Shown here one piece after another: positions 11,213 through 19,800 of a DNA stretch of 64,000 bases. The stretch is from the sequence record MK268344.1; one strand, written 5' to 3'. Numbering within the stretch: position 1 is the first letter of the stretch; every line of letters starts with the position of its first letter. The position numbers and the translations under genes were made by a program. The notes beneath the pieces are model-generated. The model made no database searches. It was not told where the DNA came from and saw only the letters and a program-made list of their open reading frames with translations.

Positions 11213-11857
11213 ATGGCTATTACTCGACATTGTGGTGTAGTACGTAGTACTGGTTCTCGTGTTTTTGTTGTTTGGCGTCAGCTACCAGATGAGCCTAAAA
11301 GCTGTTTGGTAATTTATCAAGACTCACTTCCAGAACAATATGCTAATTTCGTTATCGATCTCGTTATGGGGCGTGGACAATCATCCCTAGACCTATGGGA
11401 CGTAATGGATAAAGTTGGTGTTCTAGATGGTCGTAAAATGTTAGATGTACTACACCGACTAGGTTATCTACGTCGCATTGATACTAGCAACGTTGATATG
11501 CATATTGGCAATGGTGCTAAAATTGCCCTAGATCTACTAAACGAACAGCTAGAAGCACAAACTCAACATACTGATGGTAAAGTAAAAGAATTCAATCCTT
11601 GGGATGATAAGCAAACAGAATTCCAAGAAGTAGGTGGGATTGTTTCAAAATTACTTTCCGAAGCAGCACAGTATGAACAGCTAGCAAAAGAAACTTATGA
11701 ACGTGCTTATAGTTTGGAACCTTCACTTCGTCCACAAGCACAAGTACAGGAATCAATTGAAACAAGTGATCTAGTACTAACCATTCCTGAAGGTACATCC
11801 CAAACTAAAGCAATTGAGCTTCTAAAGAAAGCATTAAAAGAACGTAGTGAAAAATAA
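11213..11857 (+). CDS. Hypothetical protein
   Basis: 214 aa ORF with GGAG RBS. Confidence 0.65.
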   Translation: MAITRHCGVVRSTGSRVFVVWRQLPDEPKSCLVIYQDSLPEQYANFVIDLVMGRGQSSLDLWDVMDKVGVLDGRKMLDVLHRLGYLRRIDTSNVDMHIGNGAKIALDLLNEQLEAQTQHTDGKVKEFNPWDDKQTEFQEVGGIVSKLLSEAAQYEQLAKETYERAYSLEPSLRPQAQVQESIETSDLVLTIPEGTSQTKAIELLKKALKERSEK

Positions 11858-12167
11858 GATATCAAGAGACGAAATTGTTAACATGATATTGGCTGAAAGG
11901 CAAAAGCAGGTAGAGTCACCAACGACTCTATCTGATTCAATGAAAACCAAAAATGATTGGACTGCACTAGCTGCTTACTATCTTTTTGAATCTGCTTCTC
12001 GCCCGGATAAACATGTAACTTTCAAAGAATTTCGGGAATCTCTTATTAAGGCATCTGCTGTTCTACTAGCTGCACTAGAAACTAGCTTCTCACTAGAAGA
12101 TGAGAAATTACAAGATTTACTTAATAAATTGGATTCTAATGATGACAATAACGGAACTAGCAAATAG
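11847..12167 (+). CDS. Hypothetical protein
   Basis: 106 aa ORF overlapping both neighbours; start codon uncertain. Confidence 0.5.
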   Translation: MKNKISRDEIVNMILAERQKQVESPTTLSDSMKTKNDWTALAAYYLFESASRPDKHVTFKEFRESLIKASAVLLAALETSFSLEDEKLQDLLNKLDSNDDNNGTSK

Positions 12168-12729
12168 TATTGCTGGATTCCAAAACGTATGTTATAGTGG
12201 CGGGGCAGCAGGTGCTGACCGCCTTTTTGGTTTGTGGGCTGCATTAAATGATCATGAACAAATTCATTTTTCATTTGCAAAACATAAGTATCATGTTGAC
12301 TGTAATACGGTTTTGGATATACCACAATATATATTATCTGATATATCAATACAAGAAAGATTGCATACTGCAAACAAGAAACTAAAACGTAAAGTTCCAC
12401 CTACTGGAAATTATGTTTATAACTTACTTGCTCGCAACTACTTTCAAATAATCAAGTCTGAACGAGTTTACTGTTTAGCAAAAATTACTTCACCTGATGA
12501 AATAGATGGTGGAACTGCATGGGCTGTGCAAATGTTCATTGACTCATGTGAAAACCCTGAAATATATGTCTATAATCTATTAGACAACAAACCCTATGTT
12601 TACGATTGTAGTACTAAAACATTTAAAGAAGTACTAGAAGTCCCGACACCACATGGTAGATGGACAGGTATTGGTTCTAGAAGTGCGACTAAACTAGATA
12701 TGGATAGTTTTACTCAGTACTTCAAGTGA
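12139..12729 (+). CDS. SLOG-superfamily-like (Smf/DprA-LOG fold) nucleotide-binding protein
   Basis: SGGAAGAD near the N-terminus and GGTAWAV later match the two glycine motifs of SLOG families. Start probably at ATG 12139 or 12142. Confidence 0.5.
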   Translation: MMTITELANSIAGFQNVCYSGGAAGADRLFGLWAALNDHEQIHFSFAKHKYHVDCNTVLDIPQYILSDISIQERLHTANKKLKRKVPPTGNYVYNLLARNYFQIIKSERVYCLAKITSPDEIDGGTAWAVQMFIDSCENPEIYVYNLLDNKPYVYDCSTKTFKEVLEVPTPHGRWTGIGSRSATKLDMDSFTQYFK

Positions 12730-12737
12730 GGTATAAT

Positions 12738-13037
12738 ATGAGTGATGAATACAATGACGGTTATAATGACGGTTATGACGCCGCCAGAAACGAATGCTAT
12801 AAAGATGCGTTCGAAGAAGGAAAAGATACTGGTCATTCTGAAGGTTACGATGAAGGTCTTGAGGACGGAAAAGAAGAAGTACGTAATGAATTAACCGCCC
12901 AAATTGATGATCTTCTATATAATTTTAGAGATAAATTACAAGAATACCGTTTTACCATTAAAACGTTGATGGAAGAAAATAGAAAGCTAAGGAAAGAGAA
13001 TGCAACAATTACACGATCTATACAAAAAAGTACTTGA
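12738..13037 (+). CDS. Hypothetical protein with GxxxG heptad-like repeats and a coiled-coil
   Basis: YNDGYNDGYD..EEGKDTGHSEGYDEGLEDG; GAGG RBS favours ATG 12738. Confidence 0.55.
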   Translation: MSDEYNDGYNDGYDAARNECYKDAFEEGKDTGHSEGYDEGLEDGKEEVRNELTAQIDDLLYNFRDKLQEYRFTIKTLMEENRKLRKENATITRSIQKST

Positions 13038-13932
13038 AACTGGTAGCTATAGTGAAGATCGAACTGGAACTGGCACAATTAAACTAATTGGTCAACAGAT
13101 GCGATTCAATCTACAAGACGGTTTTCCTGCGACGACCACAAAACGTCTAGCATGGAAAGCTATGTCATCGGAACTACTTTGGTTCTTAGAAGGTTCCCAA
13201 GATGAACGTCGGCTATGTGAAATTCTACATGGAACACGCGATCCTGAAAAACGCACAATTTGGACAGATAACTTTGAAAACCAAGGTCGTGCATTAGGTT
13301 ACATAGATGGTAATCTAGGGCCAGTCTATGGTAAACAATGGCGTGAATGGGAAGATGTTATTATTCTACCCGGAATTTACAACGAAGTTACTAGACATAC
13401 TGATATGGGATATTCTTTAGTAGAACGTACTATTAGTGGTATGTATGTAATGAAACGTGTAATTGATCAAATTGAAGTACTAATTGATGGATTAAAAAAT
13501 GATCCATATGGTCGTCGCCACATTCTATCCGCATGGAATGTTGGTGAACTTGATAAAATGGCTCTACCCCCATGCCATAGTTTCTCTCAATTCTTTGTGG
13601 TTGATGGAAAACTATCTTGTACTTTATACCAAAGATCATCAGATCTATTCCTAGGAGTGCCATTTAATATCGCAAGCTATTCTCTATTAACTCACATGCT
13701 AGCACAAGTTTGTGATCTAGAAGTAGGTGAATTTGTTTGGATGGGTGGTGATTGTCACATCTATCAAAATCATGTAGAACAAGTTAAAGAGCAACTTTCT
13801 CGTACACCTAAAGAACTACCGACGCTATGGATGGATAAATCAATCACTGATATTGATTCGTTTACTATGAGTTCATTCAAATTGGAAAATTACAACCCTG
13901 ATGCTATTATCAAAGCACCAATGGCTGTATAA
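13000..13932 (+). CDS. thyA: Thymidylate synthase
   Basis: DRTGTGT, ELLWFL, GPVYGKQWR, catalytic MALPPCH, YQRSSDLFLGVPFNIASY, HIYQNH and C-terminal KAPMAV. Confidence 0.97.
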   Translation: MQQLHDLYKKVLETGSYSEDRTGTGTIKLIGQQMRFNLQDGFPATTTKRLAWKAMSSELLWFLEGSQDERRLCEILHGTRDPEKRTIWTDNFENQGRALGYIDGNLGPVYGKQWREWEDVIILPGIYNEVTRHTDMGYSLVERTISGMYVMKRVIDQIEVLIDGLKNDPYGRRHILSAWNVGELDKMALPPCHSFSQFFVVDGKLSCTLYQRSSDLFLGVPFNIASYSLLTHMLAQVCDLEVGEFVWMGGDCHIYQNHVEQVKEQLSRTPKELPTLWMDKSITDIDSFTMSSFKLENYNPDAIIKAPMAV

Positions 13933-13940
13933 AAAGAAAA

Positions 13941-13965
13941 AAAGGAGCCAAACGGCTCCTTTTTT
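13941..13965. terminator. Bidirectional terminator
   Basis: aaaggagcc-aaac-ggctccttt with A and T tracts on either side, between convergent genes. Confidence 0.85.
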
Positions 13966-13966
13966 A

Positions 13967-15919
13967 TTATCTGTATGTGATGATTAATCGTCCCTCGAAA
14001 CGCCAATCTGGTGTTCTAGGGATTGAAACCGTTGCACTTGCAGTTCCAATAGATATACTATCAACTTCAACTTGACTATAATTGCTTCCATTAAGTTCTT
14101 GTACTTGAATACTTTGAATATTAGCATTAGGTACGGTAATAGTATAATAATTACCATTTTCCACCCATGTAGAGGTTGTAAATGCTTGTTCAACCCCACC
14201 ACCACTAACTGTAGTCCATGCACCATTTGATTTCTGCATTACTGTATTACGTTGAGTACTATAAGCGATCATGCCATCTTCACCGACTGCATTATCTACT
14301 GGATTAAGAATTGGTAGTTTAACACCGTACTGATTGAATTTCGTCCTTACCGTATCACCATCATTAATAGTAACGTCAGCCTTATTTGTTGGGTTAATAT
14401 TAAGTACAGTTTCAGTTTGTGTAATGACAGTTGGTGATGTATTATTTTCAAATGTAAATGTACCAGCATTCATTAAAGAAATATTTTTTAATCTATTACT
14501 GGTTCCGTTAAACGTTGTATTTGCTTGAAAAGTACTAACAGAATTTATAGTTAATGTATTGGACGCATTTGTACCAATAATAACATTACCTTTTAAGTTG
14601 GTATTTTTCTCAACAACTAAATCACCACCAATAGTAATAGTTCCGTCGATGTTCACTGCACCGTGGAATAAACTTAAAGAATCTTTAAATTCAACTTGGT
14701 TTTTAGATTTAACACTAAAAGTAATCGTATCATTAATACCAGTAATTCCCGGATTAGAAGTATTACCAGCACCTTGGAATTGAAATGCTGGATTATTAGA
14801 TGGATTTACATTAGTGGCTTCTAGAATAGTTAAACCTATATCATTAATACGTACTTTTTCTGTACCATTACTACTAAAACCAATACTTCCTGCCGCTTGG
14901 CGGAAAATACCAGTCTTTGAATCAGTCCATTCGCTTGGAATCATCCCGCTATTTAAATCAGGATCACTATTACCATCATTAAACGCAATAGACGGGGCTG
15001 TGGCGGTTCCGTATGTGATACCTAACCGACCTGAACCCACCGATCCATCGTTGGTCATGGAGTCTCCTGTGCGACGTAGACCATATATAATCATGTTATC
15101 AATGACTGCTTGTGTTGATGCTGAGTTAGTAATGAATGGACGCTTTACAGAACGCATTACTGTACTATCAAATGATACAGAAGATGCCATAATACTAACG
15201 CGACTTTGACGTAGACGTTGAATACTAGTTGAAGTATAAATTACCCAATCTGAATCGGATAGAGCTAATTCTGCTGAAGGATCATTGTTGTTATTAAATG
15301 CAGTAGTTAAATTTACATCACCATTAGCTAGTGCTAAAATGCCAGCATGTCCAGTACTAGGAATACTTGCAGTGATAAATCTGGCAAATGCATATGTTAC
15401 TACAGTGTTTGTACCGGTACTTGGATCTTTGCCGATATAGTACTTAATTTGTATCCAATTCCCACCTGCATTAGTTTGCGTAAAGATAACAAATGGTGCA
15501 GTTGTTGGGTTTTCTGCAAGGTGTTTAGATGCGTAATCTTGTATTGATCTAACAATAAAGTACTGACCACTTAAAGAACTTGCAGGGGCTGGTAACGCTG
15601 CGTAAGTAAATGGTGGATCGATATCATCCTGTATAGGGTCAAAAGTTCCTTTATATACCATTCCACTAGTAACTGATTCGGGAAGTTGGGATACTAATAG
15701 ACGACCATTATCATCTAAATTAGCAAAGCGGCGATATGCAACTGTGCCATCGTCGAAATCTATGACACCTTCAAACGCTTTCCAACCTTTATTATAGCGA
15801 ATCATACCACTACGAATAGCATCTTGTGTAGATTTTGTTTGTGCTTTTGGTAATTCAAGATATGCATTACTATCAATAATTACACCATTGGCACCTTTTA
15901 TTCTTTGTATACTAGTCAT
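13967..15919 (-). CDS. Virion structural / tail fibre-associated protein
   Basis: GMIRYN..FEG and GTATAPSIAF...TGIFRQAAGSIGFSSNGTEKVRI segments resemble fibre proteins; T/S/N/G-rich; upstream TAAATA. Confidence 0.55.
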   Translation of the reverse strand: MTSIQRIKGANGVIIDSNAYLELPKAQTKSTQDAIRSGMIRYNKGWKAFEGVIDFDDGTVAYRRFANLDDNGRLLVSQLPESVTSGMVYKGTFDPIQDDIDPPFTYAALPAPASSLSGQYFIVRSIQDYASKHLAENPTTAPFVIFTQTNAGGNWIQIKYYIGKDPSTGTNTVVTYAFARFITASIPSTGHAGILALANGDVNLTTAFNNNNDPSAELALSDSDWVIYTSTSIQRLRQSRVSIMASSVSFDSTVMRSVKRPFITNSASTQAVIDNMIIYGLRRTGDSMTNDGSVGSGRLGITYGTATAPSIAFNDGNSDPDLNSGMIPSEWTDSKTGIFRQAAGSIGFSSNGTEKVRINDIGLTILEATNVNPSNNPAFQFQGAGNTSNPGITGINDTITFSVKSKNQVEFKDSLSLFHGAVNIDGTITIGGDLVVEKNTNLKGNVIIGTNASNTLTINSVSTFQANTTFNGTSNRLKNISLMNAGTFTFENNTSPTVITQTETVLNINPTNKADVTINDGDTVRTKFNQYGVKLPILNPVDNAVGEDGMIAYSTQRNTVMQKSNGAWTTVSGGGVEQAFTTSTWVENGNYYTITVPNANIQSIQVQELNGSNYSQVEVDSISIGTASATVSIPRTPDWRFEGRLIITYR

Positions 15920-15976
15920 TAAAAATTCCTCGGAATATGCTCATATTACTTATTTACCCAATTTATAAAAAAATAA

Positions 15977-15999
15977 AAGCCGACAATTTATGTCGGCTT
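15977..15999 (-). terminator. Rho-independent terminator
   Basis: aagccgaca-attta-tgtcggctt with an A-run on its left (U-tract on the minus strand). Confidence 0.75.
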
Positions 16000-16006
16000 A
16001 ATTAAG

Positions 16007-16123
16007 TTAACATGCACGTTTTGTAGTCGTACCAACTAATAAAGTAACACCAAATGGAAAACTATTTAGTTCATTAGATGTAATATCCCCATGAACCGTT
16101 ACATCTGTCATAAAAGTATACAT
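16007..16123 (-). CDS. Unannotated 38-aa small protein MYTFMTDVTVHGDITSNELNSFPFGVTLLVGTTKRAC
   Basis: AAGGA RBS 7 nt before the ATG, TAA stop, bracketed by two terminators. Too short for the supplied ORF track. Confidence 0.45.
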   Translation of the reverse strand: MYTFMTDVTVHGDITSNELNSFPFGVTLLVGTTTKRAC

Positions 16124-16142
16124 ATAGTTTTCCTTAAAAAAA

Positions 16143-16162
16143 AGTCGGCTATTACGCCGACT
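16143..16162 (-). terminator. Rho-independent terminator
   Basis: agtcggc-tattac-gccgact with an A8 run on its left. Confidence 0.75.
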
Positions 16163-16170
16163 GTTATAAA

Positions 16171-16803
16171 TTATAGTTGGTGTTCATCCCACACCGCAGC
16201 AGAACGAATTGAGTCGTAATCATTTGCGGCATTGATTGCATCAATTATCTCAGCTTCTTTATCAAATAATCCATCACGATAAGCAGCGATTGAAAGATAA
16301 AGTTCTTTAAGCTCCAACATCGACATATTTACATCTTCACCATTTGGCAATCGAATTGAAACAATTTCAATGGTTTGGTCTAATAGTGATTCAATAATAT
16401 ATCCATGTAGTTCACATCGCCCATCATGAGAAATATCAAATACATGCTCACCGTGTTTATATTCACCGTTTGCAAGTTGACTTCGATAGGATCGAACACG
16501 ATTTTTCATCTCTTCACGAATAACGTCCAAATCCATTAATTTGTATGTATAAGTATTAGTCACTTTACCTTCAACATCATCAAACTTAACCTCTTTGGTG
16601 TCAAATTCGCGAAATTCGCCAGTACCAATATATACATCTTCCGATAACCAAAATCCATGTTCTAGACGCCCGGAGGCGTCTAGATAAGAAATATTCCCAA
16701 TAGTCACTTGAGTAATGGGACTACGTTGGTTATATAGGCTAGTAAGATATTTAACAACTTCATACTGACCTTGTTCGTTTTTAATTACAGCTACATAAGC
16801 CAT
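16171..16803 (-). CDS. Probable tail fibre assembly chaperone (DUF4376-like C-terminus)
   Basis: Directly downstream of the long fibre gene; acidic; C-terminal helical segment like fibre-associated proteins. Confidence 0.45.
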   Translation of the reverse strand: MAYVAVIKNEQGQYEVVKYLTSLYNQRSPITQVTIGNISYLDASGRLEHGFWLSEDVYIGTGEFREFDTKEVKFDDVEGKVTNTYTYKLMDLDVIREEMKNRVRSYRSQLANGEYKHGEHVFDISHDGRCELHGYIIESLLDQTIEIVSIRLPNGEDVNMSMLELKELYLSIAAYRDGLFDKEAEIIDAINAANDYDSIRSAAVWDEHQL

Positions 16804-16829
16804 TGATTTATTCCTCTTCTTGTGTTATA

Positions 16830-19800
16830 TTATAGATTACGTTGTGCAATGAACACATCGAGTTTATCACCAACACCACTGTAAACTACTTGACAGATGG
16901 ATACGGAGTTTGCTGCTTCGTTGATTTTAGAATCACCAATTAGACCAAACGGTGGAACCCAATTTATTGTGCAACCGCCCGCTGCTGGCTGAGTAACATA
17001 AATGAACCAAGAACCAGCATATCCTTGACGATATGGGAATGTTGGAATATCCAATGTTGGTTCAGATAAAGTAATGTTATACACGTTACTAGAACCATCA
17101 GGTGTCCATGTTGCACCAACAACTTCAGACGCTGCGGCTTTAACTTCGTATTTGCTAGTTGTTACAGAACTTGTTACTAGATCAGCAATATCAGTATTTA
17201 GAGTACCAGTAATGGTTACATCCTTAGCAGTAATAGAACCAGTACTTTCAAGATCTACAAACGTTGCTTTACCAGTAAATCCACTTTCACCACTTACAGT
17301 TAGTGAACTAATGGTAGTTGCAGATAATGTAGTTTCACCAGTAACGCCTAAAGTACCACCAACAGTAGTATCACCAGTAACACCAAGTGAAGTAGTTACT
17401 TTGGCAGAATCTAGTGTTGCTAGACCTGTGGTAGTAATAGTATCTGAGGTTGTACCACCTGTTACACTAACACCAGCAGAAGCAGTCACTTTACCACCAA
17501 ATGAAGATGTAGAAGTAATTTCAGCAGTTGCGGCTTTAACAAAAGTAGAAGCAGTAACAGACTTAGCAACAACGTCAGATGTTGATTGGTCTAGTGTACC
17601 GATAATTTTACCTTGTACTGTGAAGTCACCAGTACATACAGTATTACCATTAATTTGTAGGTTGTTATTCACAGAACCAACATCACCAATGATAGCAGAT
17701 GCCATAGTACTTTGACCGATAACATTTAAAGTTGTACCAACAGTTACATCAGCAGATGTTGTAACCTGACGTGGTGCAATAGAACGACCAGTTAAGTCAA
17801 GGTCAGCAGTGATTAAACCATCAACATCGATATTACCACTAATATGGACGTCACCGCCAATTTCAGCAATATATTTCGCTTCATCCCAAGTTAGAGTACC
17901 AACATGTAGATTGTCAGTTTTAGTTTTCTTCAATGTGGTGTTTGCACCGTTTACTGTTAAGTTATCAGTTAGAGTAGTAGTACCCGTAACAGTTAAGTTA
18001 TTACCAACAGAAACATCACTTAGTTTACTTTCACCAGAAACATTTAAAGTTCCAGTAATAGAATGATTACCTGAGTTAACACCAGCTAGTGTACTTAGAC
18101 CTGTAACATTTAAGGTTGAGCCAACAGATGCACCAGCAGCTAGTGTAATACTATTTGCTTCAATATCTGCACCAGTTAGGTCTAAACCACCTTGAGGTAG
18201 TAGGATACCTTCAATTGTTAGATTTCCCTTAACTACCGCGTTTGTTGCAATTTCCGCAGAATTAAGAGTTGCTTTACCAGTTGTGCTTAGTGTACCCGCA
18301 GTTGCTGAAGTAGCTGATAGATCAGCAAGTGTAGTTGCACCAGATACATTTAATGTAGTAGTTACAGTTGCAGAATTTAGAGTACTAGAACCAGCATTTA
18401 AACCAGCAAGTGTAGTTGCACCAGTTACATTTAATGTGCCACTAATTTTTGGAGAACCAGTAATAATTCCAGTTGTTAGTACTAGATCTGCACCAACTGT
18501 AGTATTCCCGGTACTTGCTAGAGATGCAGCCTGTAGATTAGTTGCACTTAGATCGAATTGACCATCAACGGTTAAATCACCAGCAACGTGTGCATTACCT
18601 AGAGAATCTAGAGATTTAACAGATACATCAGTTGTACTTAAATCAATAACACCAGCAGTTAATGTACCAGACACGGCTAGATCGCCAGTTACTGAAGTAT
18701 TTTTATCAATTGCAACAGTACTATTAGTTGATGTAATATTACCATTGATTGTTGCATCACCAGTTACAGTTGCAGATTCTAACACACTTGCACCAGCAGT
18801 GAGACCAGCAAGAGTGGTATTACCAGTTGCAGTTAATGTTCCAACTTTAGAAGTTGTTGCATTCAAATCTGTGACAGTTGCATTTGCAATTGTTGCAGTA
18901 GTTGAAGATAATACAGGGAATGTATTAGTCTTAACAGTATCAGATGCAGTGAAACTAATAGCTGTTACATCAGCACCAGTTAAGTCAACTGTTCCACCGA
19001 CTGATAGGTTACCGTCGAATGATGCGTTTTCAGTTGTATGAATTGATTTTGCTTCAATATCTACAGAACTTAAATCAAGAGCACCAGCTAAAACTAGAGT
19101 ACCATTAACAGTTAGATCACCAGAAGCGGTAGTATTGTTTGATAATGTAATACCATCAGCATTTGTAATAGTTGCAGTCTGAACTGAACCAGCAGTAACT
19201 TTACCACTTGCAGATAGATCTTTAACAACTGATTGACCAGTTACGGTAAGGTCTGTTGCATCAATTTCGGTTGCAGTTATTGTATTAGAGTTTAATACAG
19301 GTAGTTTGCTAGCATTAACCAAATCAGTTGAAGTTACAATACCCGGAGTAGTTAAGGATTTAACACTAACATCAGCAGAAGATAAATCTACAGTACCAGT
19401 AACAACTAAATCGCCACCGATATTTGCATTACCAGTAGTAGTAATAGATTGTGATGCAATATCAGTTTGTGATAGATCAAGATTACCCGGAATGAGAGTT
19501 CCAGTTACTGTTAGATCACCAACAGTTGTTTTACCAGTTACATTTAAAGTACCACCGATTGTTGCGTTATTTGTAACGTCTAGTGCTACATCAGAACCAG
19601 TAAATTGTGCAGACGGTGCAGAAATGTTACCAGTTGCTGTAATAGTACCAGCGGAATTTAGTTTATTAACTTGAACCGCAGCCCCAGCATCACCACTAAT
19701 AGTACCTTTTACTGTCACGTCTTGTAATGTACTTGCACCGGAAACTTCTAGTGTTGCTGATTTAACATAGGTAGTAGAAGTTACAGAATTAGGAGCAATA

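Noticed and set aside
13000-13932. Group I intron in thyA, as in T4 td
   Set aside because: The reading frame is continuous through all conserved motifs.
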